Shown here piece after piece: positions 1-9,852 of a stretch of DNA of 64,000 bases; within the stretch, counting starts at the first letter, position 1; each line of letters begins with the position of its first letter. The DNA comes from an uncultured Acidobacteriota bacterium. GTDB taxonomy: Bacteria > Acidobacteriota > UBA6911. A program made the translations under genes and the position numbers. Where the stretch lies: positions 160,001-224,000 of the forward strand of contig CAWHCF010000008.1 of NCBI GenBank assembly GCA_963827655.1, read 5' to 3'. The notes beneath the pieces were generated by a model. The model did no database searches, had not been told where the DNA came from, and saw only the letters and a program-made list of their open reading frames with translations.

Positions 1-2
1 CG

Positions 3-743
3 CCCAAGCATGGCAAGTGGACGCAGGAAACTCTCTACTACCGTTCGCTAGAGCGATATCTCAGGAGCGACAATCCTGAGATTCAATCTGCCCTCCGCCG
101 TCTGGATTACTGGAGCAACGATGTTTCGCGGCTCGAGCGTCCGGGCTTGCTCTCGCTGCTGGGTGTCCGATTCATTCTCTGTCCCAAGGGAAACATGCTG
201 GCAGCGTCGGCCGGGTTTCGGCTGGTGCACACTTCTGATGCGGAGGTGTGGGAAAACCCTGGCTATTGGCCAAGAGCCTTCGTCAGCACGCAGCCGGTTT
301 TCGTGGACGAGGAGGAGAAAGCGCTGCAGGTGATTTCAGATCCGGCTTTCCTCTCTTTCAAGTCGGCGGTGATTTGTCTGAGAGAAGGAGAACTGTCCAA
401 ACATCCGGCGATCAGTTCCGGGAAACCGGAGCTTATTCCGGCTCGCGTCGACCGTTATACTCTCCACTCGGTGGATATAACTGCGGAATCTCCCGAACCG
501 GGATGGCTGGTTTTGTCTGATCTGTTTTATCCTGGTTGGCAGGCCGCGATAGACGGCAAGCCCGTTCCGATCTTCTCAGGAAACTACTTATTTCGAGCGG
601 TCGAACTGCCTCCCGGGAAGCATCATGTCCGGTTCGTGTATCGTCCGCTCGCTTTTCATGTGGGTGTCGGGCTGTTTTGTCTCGCGCTTGTTGCTCTGGT
701 GGCGACAGGACTCAGCACCAGGATGCGAAGAGTCCAAGCTTGA
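3..743 (+). CDS. YfhO-family membrane protein, C-terminal part (runs off left edge)
   Basis: Frame is open from position 3. Contains the YfhO C-terminal motifs LVLSDLFYPGWQAAIDG and FRAVELPPGKHHVRFVY followed by a TM helix. Confidence 0.8.
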   Translation, partial: PKHGKWTQETLYYRSLERYLRSDNPEIQSALRRLDYWSNDVSRLERPGLLSLLGVRFILCPKGNMLAASAGFRLVHTSDAEVWENPGYWPRAFVSTQPVFVDEEEKALQVISDPAFLSFKSAVICLREGELSKHPAISSGKPELIPARVDRYTLHSVDITAESPEPGWLVLSDLFYPGWQAAIDGKPVPIFSGNYLFRAVELPPGKHHVRFVYRPLAFHVGVGLFCLALVALVATGLSTRMRRVQA

Positions 744-764
744 TTTCAAGGATTTTGGCTTCGT

Positions 765-3074
765 ATGCGCCGATCTGTAAAACACGCGCTCTGGTTGTTG
801 GCTATCCTCTGCCTTGAGGTTGCGATTTACGCTCCGAACTTCAAGAAATTCTTCTGTGGCGACAGCCTCTTTTATCTCAGTCGAGTTCTCGAAGATTGGG
901 TAGATGTGGTGGCTAAATTCCGCTCCCCGGATGGGCTAGGCCAGTACCGTCCCCTTGCTTACGTGTTGTTTAGCTATGTGATATATCCGGTCGCAGGACT
1001 CGACCTGTTTCGCAACCATATTTTCCCGCTGCTCTTCCACGGGGCGAATACCGTACTCGCCTATTTCGTCGCGCGCCACATCTTTGCCGACGGCTGGCGC
1101 CCCCTGATGGCAGCCTTTTTCTTCGGCGTCAGCTCGATCGGAGCCTATGTAACCTACGACAACACCTTTGTTCCCGACTACCTTTACGTGTTCTTCTTCC
1201 TTGGAGCCAGTCTGAGCCTTTGCCGCTCTCTCGAGAAGAATTTTCCGTGGAATTACACGCTTGCCCTGGTTTTGTTCCTCCTGGCGCTGCTGAGCAAAGA
1301 GGCGGCCGTGAGCTTTGCGGCTGGCGCGCTTATCCTCCTGCTGCTCGCAATTAGTGTCCGACAGCCAACCGAAGGGATCAGTTCTGGCGGTTCCGTTGCG
1401 CCTGAAGGGAATCTCCACGCCGGCTGGAAGCGTAAGTCGAGAGTCGTGCTGATGTGCGTTCCCTTTGCGCTGGTGACGGTAGCCTACATCGGCTGGCACC
1501 TGGCTGTGAAAGGCGGGAATCTCTATCCGTCCGATCCCAGCCAGCCTCACCGGCTGGAGATAAGCTGGAGAAACGCGCAATCCAAGTTTCCAGCATTTGT
1601 CCAGGCAACAGGGCTGTCGAGTTCCATGGGCGCGGAATGGTACGACCTGGTTGTACAGATCCCTCTTATGATCTGGTTAACCTGGGTTGTAATCTGCACC
1701 CTGCGGGGAGCGTTACGCGGAAAGCATATTTTCATGGCGGGAGCGCTCTGGAGCATGGCAACCATCGCCCCAGCGCTCTTTGTCACAGCCCAAACCTGGG
1801 AACACAATCTTTATTTGCCTACGCTCGGCCTCGCCTGGATCTTTGCCCAGAGCGCGGGGGAAGTGCGTTGGGCGAACCGGTTCGGGGGGGTGCTGGCCGG
1901 CGCGATAGTTGTGGTGGTGACGGTAGCGACGGCAGGAAATGCCATGGCTGTTCGCCAATCGAGCTGGATGGCCGTCGGCTCAAAGATTACAGAGAATTGT
2001 CTGGCCGATATCAGGCGAATTCAGCCTCCTGTTACATCGAACACGCTGCTTTACGTCGAAGAGTCCAGAGGGGAGAAGATCGCTTGGCACTTTGACAGTG
2101 GTCAGTTTCCGGGGACGCTCCTGTCCGATCGAAGCATCCGAATGAGATTCTGGGACGATGGCCGTCCCGCTCCGACCGAAAGGATGCTGGAGACAGGACG
2201 TGTGGTTCTGCTGAAATACATCGATGGACGCCTCTACGATGTGACCCGGAGGCGCCGCCTGGAGAAGCTTGACACCTGGAGCTATCGGATTAGGGATCAT
2301 TGGAAACGCGGGGCTACCGCCTCGGTGACGGCTGATTCGGAACTCGCCGGCCCCGTTTGGAACAGGGTCGACGAGACCTCGTTCTTCCCATTTTCTTTCG
2401 GCCTCAACGGGGATGGCCGCGATACCCTGGTGCAGGTTCCCGGGATTGTCTACTCGCACCTCTTGCCTGAAATCGTTCCGGGGAGCAAGCTCAGGATCGG
2501 CCTCGTGCTGGCCTCGGCCGGAGGCGGCGGCGTGTTTGCTGAAGTGAGTCTTGAAGGGGCGGGCAGCCGCAAGACCCTGTATTCCCGCCGGCTAACGGCC
2601 GAGAATTCTCCGGGCGAACACGGTTGGGATGATCAAGTCATCGATTTGGGAGGTCTCCAGGGGACGGGATACCGACTGAAACTTCTCGCCGAAGCCCTGC
2701 CTGCTGAAGCGGCAAGACCGAATTGGGTGGAATGGGGGCCGTTGGATCTCGTTCCCCCGATGGCTCAGAATCTCGAGCTTCCTCCTCCGATTCAGCCGGT
2801 TCAGCCGTCAGGGATCCGCATTCATCCGCCACGGATCAGAAAGGGAGAGGTTGCAACCATTGAAGTAATCGGCGGGGCAGAGATGGAGGTCGACTGTCGG
2901 TACACGCTCGATTCTTCTCCCGTCCGGAGCCTTATGAGCTGGCTTACCACCGACGCAAGCGGAAGGCAGCACGTTTCGGTGAATACTCCGGGTCACTATG
3001 TCATCACGGCGATACGAAACGCGCTGCGGCCAGACTGGGTTCCAATCCACTACGAATGGGATTGTCTGCCTTGA
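765..3074 (+). CDS. GT-C-like (ArnT/PMT-type) multi-pass membrane glycosyltransferase with C-terminal soluble domains
   Basis: 769 aa with many TM segments, YRPL motif and LALLSKE motif; adjacent to YfhO. Confidence 0.65.
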   Translation: MRRSVKHALWLLAILCLEVAIYAPNFKKFFCGDSLFYLSRVLEDWVDVVAKFRSPDGLGQYRPLAYVLFSYVIYPVAGLDLFRNHIFPLLFHGANTVLAYFVARHIFADGWRPLMAAFFFGVSSIGAYVTYDNTFVPDYLYVFFFLGASLSLCRSLEKNFPWNYTLALVLFLLALLSKEAAVSFAAGALILLLLAISVRQPTEGISSGGSVAPEGNLHAGWKRKSRVVLMCVPFALVTVAYIGWHLAVKGGNLYPSDPSQPHRLEISWRNAQSKFPAFVQATGLSSSMGAEWYDLVVQIPLMIWLTWVVICTLRGALRGKHIFMAGALWSMATIAPALFVTAQTWEHNLYLPTLGLAWIFAQSAGEVRWANRFGGVLAGAIVVVVTVATAGNAMAVRQSSWMAVGSKITENCLADIRRIQPPVTSNTLLYVEESRGEKIAWHFDSGQFPGTLLSDRSIRMRFWDDGRPAPTERMLETGRVVLLKYIDGRLYDVTRRRRLEKLDTWSYRIRDHWKRGATASVTADSELAGPVWNRVDETSFFPFSFGLNGDGRDTLVQVPGIVYSHLLPEIVPGSKLRIGLVLASAGGGGVFAEVSLEGAGSRKTLYSRRLTAENSPGEHGWDDQVIDLGGLQGTGYRLKLLAEALPAEAARPNWVEWGPLDLVPPMAQNLELPPPIQPVQPSGIRIHPPRIRKGEVATIEVIGGAEMEVDCRYTLDSSPVRSLMSWLTTDASGRQHVSVNTPGHYVITAIRNALRPDWVPIHYEWDCLP

Positions 3075-3284
3075 CCGCCTTTTCTCCTCTCGGTTGTGGC
3101 GGGTTATCTTGACTCCTGGGAATCCACTCGACCGCGAGAGCCGGCAGCGAGTTCTTCCGTTGAATAGGCTTCATGATGATTCTGTTAAGCGGCATTCACC
3201 GCGAGGACGCCAAGAAACGCGAAACATCTTGCCGCGGAAGTATGCTATAAAACGATCGCTCCTGAATCATACGGTGGGCAAGTC

Positions 3285-4079
3285 ATGATGGATTCCGAGA
3301 CTGCTATCAAAGACCAGATCGTCGAGCTCGGACGACGTCTGTACGGGAACAAGTTCATCGCGGCGGCTGATGGAAATATCAGCGCCCGGTTGGGGGACGT
3401 TCTTTTTTTCACACCCACCGGCATGTGTAAGGGCTACTTGAAACCCGACGACATCGTCAAGACGGATCTGAATGGGAAAAAACTTGAAGGGAGTCGAAAC
3501 CCTTCCTCTGAAGCGCTCATGCATCTCGAGGTCTATCGTCTTCGTCCTGATGTGCACGCGGTAGTTCATGCACACCCTCCCTATGCGACCGGCTACGCGG
3601 TTGCGGGTCTTGCGCTGGACAAGGCGCTCCTGCCCGAAGTCATTCTCGCGATGGGGTGCATTCCGTTGGCCGAATACAGCACGCCCACGACTGAGGAAGT
3701 CGCCCGCGCTATTCGCGATCTGGTCCCGCGTCACGATGCTCTGCTGCTCAGTAATCATGGCGCGGTAACTTATGGTAAAGACTTGGAAACGGCCTATTAC
3801 AGGATGGAAACCCTCGAACACTTCGCTCGCATCAGTATCGTCGCCAAGATTCTGGGACGCGAACGCGTGCTTTCGGAAGACGATCTTCGTCGTCTCTACG
3901 CCTCCCAATATAAGGGCGAGCAACAGGCGGGGGGCATGGTACTGAAGCCATCGCCGACTCCAGGTTGCCCCCTGCCGGCCGAGAGCTTCGCGGCTTCAGG
4001 CGAAGAGACGGTGACTTTAACTCGAAGCCAGTTGTTTGAAATCATAGACGAGATCGTCAACAGAGTTCAGCGGCAATAA
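3285..4079 (+). CDS. Class II aldolase/adducin-family protein with putative C-terminal BMC encapsulation peptide
   Basis: [19 protein letters not shown] and LLLSNHG metal-binding motifs. A Pro/Gly linker precedes the amphipathic helix [16 protein letters not shown]. Confidence 0.9.
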   Translation: MMDSETAIKDQIVELGRRLYGNKFIAAADGNISARLGDVLFFTPTGMCKGYLKPDDIVKTDLNGKKLEGSRNPSSEALMHLEVYRLRPDVHAVVHAHPPYATGYAVAGLALDKALLPEVILAMGCIPLAEYSTPTTEEVARAIRDLVPRHDALLLSNHGAVTYGKDLETAYYRMETLEHFARISIVAKILGRERVLSEDDLRRLYASQYKGEQQAGGMVLKPSPTPGCPLPAESFAASGEETVTLTRSQLFEIIDEIVNRVQRQ

Positions 4080-4090
4080 GAGGAGGACAA

Positions 4091-4390
4091 ATGGCCGAAC
4101 AGATGGAAGCATTAGGCATGATCGAGACCAAGGGCTTGGTCGCGATGATCGAGGCTGCGGACGCGATGGTGAAGGCGGCCAAAGTGACTCTCGTGGGCTG
4201 GGAGAAAATCGGATCAGGACTTGTGACCGCGATCGTCCGGGGAGACGTAGCCGCGGTGAAGGCTGCCACCGATGCAGGGGCAGCGGCCGCTCGTCGTGTG
4301 GGCGAGCTGGTCTCGGTACATGTCATACCCAGGCCGCATCAGAACCTGGACGAGCGGTTGCCTATTGTTCCAAAGTCCAGGAACGGCTAA
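4091..4390 (+). CDS. BMC hexameric shell protein (BMC-H, EutM/PduA-like)
   Basis: [39 protein letters not shown]; strong GGAGG RBS. Confidence 0.97.
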   Translation: MAEQMEALGMIETKGLVAMIEAADAMVKAAKVTLVGWEKIGSGLVTAIVRGDVAAVKAATDAGAAAARRVGELVSVHVIPRPHQNLDERLPIVPKSRNG

Positions 4391-4395
4391 GCCGA

Positions 4396-4674
4396 ATGAT
4401 ACTCGGACGTATTGCGGGAACGGTCGTCGCCACCCGCAAAGATGAAAAGCTGGAAGGGAAGAAGCTCCTTCTGGTCCAGACCATCGATCCCGAAAGCGGC
4501 GCGGAGACAGGGTACGTAATTGCTGTCGACACGGTTGGAGCTGGTGCCGGCGAAACCGTGATATGCGTGTCCGGAAGCTCGGCGCGGATGGCTACGGGCC
4601 TCAAGGATCATCCGGTAGACACGGCGATTGTCGGTATCGTAGACGCGCTTCAGCTGAATCATCCTGGATCTTGA
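4396..4674 (+). CDS. BMC vertex pentamer (BMC-P, EutN/CcmL family) 1
   Basis: GTVVATRK..AVDTVGAGAGE..DTAIVGIVD. Confidence 0.95.
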   Translation: MILGRIAGTVVATRKDEKLEGKKLLLVQTIDPESGAETGYVIAVDTVGAGAGETVICVSGSSARMATGLKDHPVDTAIVGIVDALQLNHPGS

Positions 4675-4681
4675 GATCTGT

Positions 4682-4960
4682 ATGCGGCTTGCCCGTGTGG
4701 TTGGAAATCTGGTTGCTACGGTAAAAGACTCCGCACTCGTCGGGAAGAAGATCTTGATTCTGAAACATGTTAACGAGCAGGGCGGGGCCAGCGGACGAGC
4801 GTTCATCGCGCTTGACTCCATAGGCGCGGGCGCCGGTGAAATGGTTTACTACGTGAAAGGGAAGGAAGCTTCTTTCCCGTTTCTTCCGGATGAAGTTCCA
4901 TCGGATGCCACGATCGTGGGGATCGTCGATTCCTGGGATGGAATGAAGGTCCAGCTGTGA
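4682..4960 (+). CDS. BMC vertex pentamer (BMC-P, EutN/CcmL family) 2
   Basis: GNLVATVK..ALDSIGAGAGE..DATIVGIVD. Confidence 0.95.
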   Translation: MRLARVVGNLVATVKDSALVGKKILILKHVNEQGGASGRAFIALDSIGAGAGEMVYYVKGKEASFPFLPDEVPSDATIVGIVDSWDGMKVQL

Positions 4961-5235
4961 TCCTGGCGCGCGTGATTGGACATGTGGTTGCCACTCAAAA
5001 GGATCCCAGTCATCTCGGAAGCAAGATCCTTCGAGTGCAGCCTCTGGACTTGCTTGGCCGCGAGAAGGGCGAAAGCTTGCTGGCCCTCGACACGCTTGAC
5101 TCCGGACCTGGAGACCAGGTCGTGGTGACCCAGGATGGTTGGAGTGCGGGGTGGGTGATCCGGCGACCCGGAGCTGCGGTTGATGCCGCCATTATCGGCA
5201 TCGTGGATTACGTGGATCTTGCCAAGCAGCCATAG
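4957..5235 (+). CDS. BMC vertex pentamer (BMC-P, EutN/CcmL family) 3
   Basis: GHVVATQK..ALDTLDSGPGD..DAAIIGIVD; GTGA overlap with the previous gene. Confidence 0.93.
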   Translation: MILARVIGHVVATQKDPSHLGSKILRVQPLDLLGREKGESLLALDTLDSGPGDQVVVTQDGWSAGWVIRRPGAAVDAAIIGIVDYVDLAKQP

Positions 5236-5328
5236 GGTTGATGAAGTACGCCGCTTTTGGGGTGTGCCAACCGTGCTCGCACAAGACGAAGCAAGATTCG
5301 CCCAACGAAGGCGGTAGCAAGCCAAATT

Positions 5329-5350
5329 GAGTGCGTAAGCTTGCGGCCGC
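5329..5350. repeat. REP-like 22-mer, copy 1
   Basis: GAGTGCGTAAGCTTGCGGCCGC matches 59129-59150 at 21/22 positions; both copies are intergenic. Confidence 0.55.
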
Positions 5351-5468
5351 GCCCGCGAAATGGCCAGACTCCAGTCCCTGCTTCACGGCCGGGCCTCTCT
5401 GTCGGCCTTCAGCTCCTCAACTACTCCAAAATACGTTGCCACATCGTGCGGGATCTTCATTGCGGAGG

Positions 5469-6377
5469 CTAGGGAGACGAGCCGGTTGACGCCTGTTTCG
5501 TATAAGCCACGAGATCTTCCACGAAGGCCGTCAGGGCCAAGGAAAAATACTTGTCGCGCCGGTGCACCAATCCCATCGGGCGGGTGAGATCGGTTCCTCG
5601 TATTCTTGCTGTGCGCAGCCGTCCTGTGCGCGCTTCATCGGCGACCGACATTTCCGGAAGCAGCGAAACGCCGAGTCCCACTTCCACCAGCCGCTTGATC
5701 ACCTCGATCGTACTCACCTCCATGCGTACCTGTCCCTTGAGTCCTGGAGGCTCCAGCAGGCTGTCGATCCACTCCCGGGTCACGGTATCAGGTTTCAGGT
5801 GAATGATCGGCTGATCGTGTAGATCGGCAAGCCGGAGGTGGCGCCGCCGCTCGAACGGGTGGCCAGGGGGAAAAACCAGAACAAACCGATCCTGGTAGAT
5901 TTTTCGCGCTTCGATCCCTTCGGCCGCCACCGGGAGCGTCACGATTCCCACGTCGATTTCGTCCGAGCTTATCAGATCAAGGACCCGCCGCGAGATCTGC
6001 GTAAAGAGCCTCAGCTCGATGCCCGGATACTTCTGGATGAACTGGCGAAGAACTCGCGGCAGCAGGTAGAGGCAGACTGTGTCGCTGGCGCCCAGTGAGA
6101 CCCGCCCGACCCGCCGAGCCGACAAGTCAGCCAATTCCGTGCGCAGAGTCTCCAATTCGCCCAGAATCGATTCGGCTCTTCGGCGCAAGATTTCCCCGGC
6201 CGGAGTCAGGGTGACCCCGCGTCGCCGCCGTTCCAGCAATCGATGGCCCAGTTCAGCCTCGAGGCTCTGAATTTTCAGGCTGATGGCCGGTTGAGTGCGA
6301 TAAAGCTCCAGCGAAGCCCGCGAGATGCTGCCCAGCCGCACCACGGCGAGGAAAGCGCGAATCTGATCGAGATCCAT
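5469..6377 (-). CDS. LysR-family transcriptional regulator
   Basis: N-terminal HTH (GSISRASLELYRTQPAISLKIQSLEAELG) plus substrate-binding domain; 302 aa. Confidence 0.95.
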   Translation of the reverse strand: MDLDQIRAFLAVVRLGSISRASLELYRTQPAISLKIQSLEAELGHRLLERRRRGVTLTPAGEILRRRAESILGELETLRTELADLSARRVGRVSLGASDTVCLYLLPRVLRQFIQKYPGIELRLFTQISRRVLDLISSDEIDVGIVTLPVAAEGIEARKIYQDRFVLVFPPGHPFERRRHLRLADLHDQPIIHLKPDTVTREWIDSLLEPPGLKGQVRMEVSTIEVIKRLVEVGLGVSLLPEMSVADEARTGRLRTARIRGTDLTRPMGLVHRRDKYFSLALTAFVEDLVAYTKQASTGSSP

Positions 6378-6439
6378 GATCGAGTGGCTTTATTCGGCCC
6401 CTTTATCACCGCGATCCGGGCCGTTTAACCATGGGTAGT

Positions 6440-6476
6440 ATAATATAAACTTATGGAAACCATAATCAATATAAAT
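6440..6476. promoter_or_regulatory. Putative LysR binding sites between the LysR gene and purS
   Basis: AT-rich island with ATAA-N7-TTAT at 6440-6454, overlapping palindrome TTATGG-AAA-CCATAA at 6451-6465, and an imperfect second site from 6462. Confidence 0.65.
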
Positions 6477-6549
6477 TGGACAAATTCGGGGACGCGAGTC
6501 AGGATATCACGCGTATGGGTCGCGGCCGACCCGGGCCGAGGAGAAAACG

Positions 6550-6807
6550 ATGATCGTTCGAGTGTTCGTTGCGTTGAAGCCAAGCGTCCTGGATCCGCAG
6601 GGGATAGCTGTTCAAAAGGCTCTTAATACCTTGGGTTATGCGCAGGCTGCGGAGGTGCGGCAGGGAAAATACTTCGAGATTTGCTGGCGCGGAAGTCTGA
6701 GCGACCAGGCGGAGCGAGAGAAGGTGGAAGCCATCGCCTCTCGAGTGCTGTCAAATCCGGTGATCGAAAGCTACCGCATCGAGTGGCCCGACGGAGGTCA
6801 GGCATGA
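6550..6807 (+). CDS. purS: FGAM synthase subunit PurS
   Basis: [26 protein letters not shown]. Confidence 0.97.
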   Translation: MIVRVFVALKPSVLDPQGIAVQKALNTLGYAQAAEVRQGKYFEICWRGSLSDQAEREKVEAIASRVLSNPVIESYRIEWPDGGQA

Positions 6808-7496
6808 AGGCGGGCGTGGTCGTCTTTCCGGGTTCGAACTGCGATCACGACACGTATCATGCGCTCCGGTACTGTGTGGGAGCGGACACGGAGTTCCTGT
6901 GGCACGGAGACCGGGATCTCCCGGCTTGTGATCTGGTCGTACTGCCCGGCGGATTCTCTTACGGCGACTATCTCAGAACGGGCGCCATCGCCCGTTTCTC
7001 GCCGGTAATGGAGGGAGTCCGCCGACATGCCGAACGGGGCGGGCTGGTGCTTGGAATCTGCAACGGCTTTCAGATTCTGCAGGAAGCGGGACTGCTTCCG
7101 GGTGCGATGCTCAGGAACCGGGGGCTCAAGTTTATCTGCCGTTATGTGGATCTCAGGGTTGAACGAGGCGACACTGCTTTCAGTCGAACCTACGAACGGG
7201 GCCAGGTGGTGCGCATGCCCATCGCTCACAACGAGGGTAATTTCTATGCGTCTCCGGAAGAGCTGGAGCGGCTGGAAGGGAAGGGTCAGGTTCTCTTCCG
7301 CTATTGTTCTCCCTCGGGCGTGGTCGACGACGAAGGCAATCCCAACGGCTCCCTGAATAACATTGCAGGAATCACCAACGAAGCGGGGAACGTAATGGGC
7401 TTGATGCCTCATCCGGAGCGGGCCTCCGAACCCTGTCTGGGATCCGACGATGGCAGAAAGGTCTTCACGTCGTTGCTGGAAGCAGTAGGCAGTTAG
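6804..7496 (+). CDS. purQ: FGAM synthase glutaminase subunit PurQ
   Basis: [30 protein letters not shown]; ATG at 6804 overlaps the purS stop. Confidence 0.97.
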   Translation: MKAGVVVFPGSNCDHDTYHALRYCVGADTEFLWHGDRDLPACDLVVLPGGFSYGDYLRTGAIARFSPVMEGVRRHAERGGLVLGICNGFQILQEAGLLPGAMLRNRGLKFICRYVDLRVERGDTAFSRTYERGQVVRMPIAHNEGNFYASPEELERLEGKGQVLFRYCSPSGVVDDEGNPNGSLNNIAGITNEAGNVMGLMPHPERASEPCLGSDDGRKVFTSLLEAVGS

Positions 7497-7525
7497 CAGT
7501 AGTGGTGCCGACTGGTTGGGAGGCA

Positions 7526-9757
7526 ATGGTGATAGCGTTTGCGCAGGAGACGATTGCGAGCCTCGGTTTAACGGCCGAAGAATACCAGCGCGTCCGTGAA
7601 ATCCTCGGACGCGATCCGAACCTGACCGAGCTGGGTATTTTTTCCGTCATGTGGTCAGAGCACTGCAGCTACAAGAGCTCGAAGGTTCATTTGCAGCGGC
7701 TCCCGACTGAAGGATCCTGTGTCGTGCAAGGTCCCGGAGAGAACGCAGGGGTAGTTGATATCGGCGACGGCCTGGTGGCGATCTTCAAGATCGAATCGCA
7801 CAACCATCCCTCCTATATTGAACCGTACCAGGGCGCAGCTACCGGTGTGGGGGGCATAATTCGCGACATCTTCACTATGGGCGCCCGTCCCATTGCTCTG
7901 ATGAACGCGTTGCACTTCGGATCTCCGGACGATTCCGGAACTCGCCTGATCGTCGAAGGGGTGGTCTCGGGAATAGGCGGTTATGGCAACTGTATCGGCA
8001 TTCCAACCATCGGCGGCCAGACGGTCTTTTCACCGCGCTACGGCAAAAACCCGATCGTCAACGTCATGTGCCTGGGAATTGCGGCGCGAGATCAGGTGTT
8101 CTACGGACGCGCCACAGGGATCGGTAATCCGGTTTTCTACGTCGGAGCTAAGACCGGTCGGGATGGGATTCACGGCGCCACGATGGCCAGCGAGGAGTTT
8201 GACGACCGGTCCCAGGAGAAAAGGCCCACCGTGCAGGTGGGCGATCCCTTCATGGAAAAACTGCTCCTGGAAGCATGTCTCGAGGCGATGGAGAGTGGTT
8301 ATGTGGTGGGAATTCAGGACATGGGCGCGGCGGGTCTGACCTGCTCCACGAGCGAAATGGGGAGCCGTGGCGGAACCGGTATGGAGATCGAGCTGGATCT
8401 CGTCCCCCAGCGTGAAGCCGGCATGTCGGCGTACGAGATCATGCTTTCAGAATCGCAGGAGCGCATGCTGCTGGTCGCAAGTCCCGAACACGAGGACCGA
8501 GTCCGGCAAGTCTTCACGCGCTGGGGACTTGATGCGGTCGCGATCGGGCGTGTGACCAGGGATGGGAGGCTTCGCGTATTCCACGGCGGCAAGACCGTAG
8601 CCGAGATTCCGAATCGCGCGCTATCGGAAGAAGCCCCGGTGTATCAACGGCCCATGCGCAAGCCCGAGTATCTGGATCGGGTCCGGAGACTCGAGGAACA
8701 CGCGTTGCCGGCGCCTGATGATTGGAGCCAGGCTGTCCTTCGAATGATGTCGTCTCCCAACCTTTGCCGCAAGCGCTGGATCTGGGAACAGTACGATTAT
8801 ATGGTGCGCACCAACACGGTCGCCGGTCCCGGGTTCGATGCGGCCGTACTGCGGCTCAAGGGGAGCCGGCAACTGCTGGCGATGTCGACTGACTGCAATC
8901 CGAAATATTGCTATCTGGATCCGATCAATGGGGCGCGGTCGGCGGTGGCGGAGGCTTGCAGGAATATCGTGTGCTCCGGCGGTCTTCCGCTGGCAGCGAC
9001 CAACTGTCTCAACTTCGCCAGTCCGGAAAACCCCGAGACCATGTGGCAGTTTTCCCAAACCATCGATGGACTGAGAGACGCGTGTCTTGCTTTTAATACT
9101 CCGATTACGGGAGGGAACGTCAGCTTCTACAACGAGACCAGCGGTGTCGGAATCTATCCTACGCCCGTAGTTGGAATGGTGGGGATAATCGAGAGTGAAT
9201 CCCGGCTTACGCCGAGCTGTTTCCGACGCCCCGGCGATCTTCTGATTCTCCTGGGTGGTGAAGCGGTGGGGCTGGGAGGTTCTGAATTCCTCGAGGTATT
9301 TCATGAGCGCGTGGAGGGAATTCCAGTTCCAGTGGACCTCGCGCTCGAGGTCCGGGTTCAGAGATTTCTCGCAGAAATTATCGGCCGCGGTTGGGTTCAG
9401 TCGGCGCACGACTGCTCGGAGGGAGGACTTCTGGTAACCGCTCTGGAAAGCGCGCTTGCGGCGCGGCCCTCGCTGGGGTTCGAGCTGAGCGCAGGGGGAG
9501 ATTCTTACCCGCATCGAGCCCTTTTCGGCGAAGGACCGTCACGCGTGTTGTTGAGTGTGGCGCAAGATGCCCTGGATCCACTCGTCAGCCTGGCGAAGGA
9601 ACAGGGAATTCTTATCAAGACGTGCGGAAGAGTCACGTCCGGCTCCATACGCGTTGTGTATAATGGTGTCGAGCTTCTTTCGGCGAAAAGTGATGAAGTT
9701 TCTTGCGCATGGGATCGGGCTCTGGAAAGATGGAAATTCGGTGGCGAAATTCAGTGA
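7526..9757 (+). CDS. purL: FGAM synthase subunit PurL
   Basis: [32 protein letters not shown]; GGGAGG RBS upstream of 7526. Confidence 0.98.
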   Translation: MVIAFAQETIASLGLTAEEYQRVREILGRDPNLTELGIFSVMWSEHCSYKSSKVHLQRLPTEGSCVVQGPGENAGVVDIGDGLVAIFKIESHNHPSYIEPYQGAATGVGGIIRDIFTMGARPIALMNALHFGSPDDSGTRLIVEGVVSGIGGYGNCIGIPTIGGQTVFSPRYGKNPIVNVMCLGIAARDQVFYGRATGIGNPVFYVGAKTGRDGIHGATMASEEFDDRSQEKRPTVQVGDPFMEKLLLEACLEAMESGYVVGIQDMGAAGLTCSTSEMGSRGGTGMEIELDLVPQREAGMSAYEIMLSESQERMLLVASPEHEDRVRQVFTRWGLDAVAIGRVTRDGRLRVFHGGKTVAEIPNRALSEEAPVYQRPMRKPEYLDRVRRLEEHALPAPDDWSQAVLRMMSSPNLCRKRWIWEQYDYMVRTNTVAGPGFDAAVLRLKGSRQLLAMSTDCNPKYCYLDPINGARSAVAEACRNIVCSGGLPLAATNCLNFASPENPETMWQFSQTIDGLRDACLAFNTPITGGNVSFYNETSGVGIYPTPVVGMVGIIESESRLTPSCFRRPGDLLILLGGEAVGLGGSEFLEVFHERVEGIPVPVDLALEVRVQRFLAEIIGRGWVQSAHDCSEGGLLVTALESALAARPSLGFELSAGGDSYPHRALFGEGPSRVLLSVAQDALDPLVSLAKEQGILIKTCGRVTSGSIRVVYNGVELLSAKSDEVSCAWDRALERWKFGGEIQ

Positions 9758-9838
9758 CAGGCGCTTCTAATCCATGCGGTAGAGCTTCCGTTCGCCGTCT
9801 TTACGCAGGTCTCTGGTACGGAGTCTTTGTCCCTGAAT
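9734..9838. repeat. Short inverted-repeat (REP/MITE-like) element, copy A
   Basis: ATTCAGTGACA (9749-9759) pairs with TGTCCCTGAAT (9828-9838). Duplicated AATTCGGTG motif as in the copy at about 13000. Confidence 0.5.
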
Positions 9839-9852
9839 CTTTAGAGGTTGAG

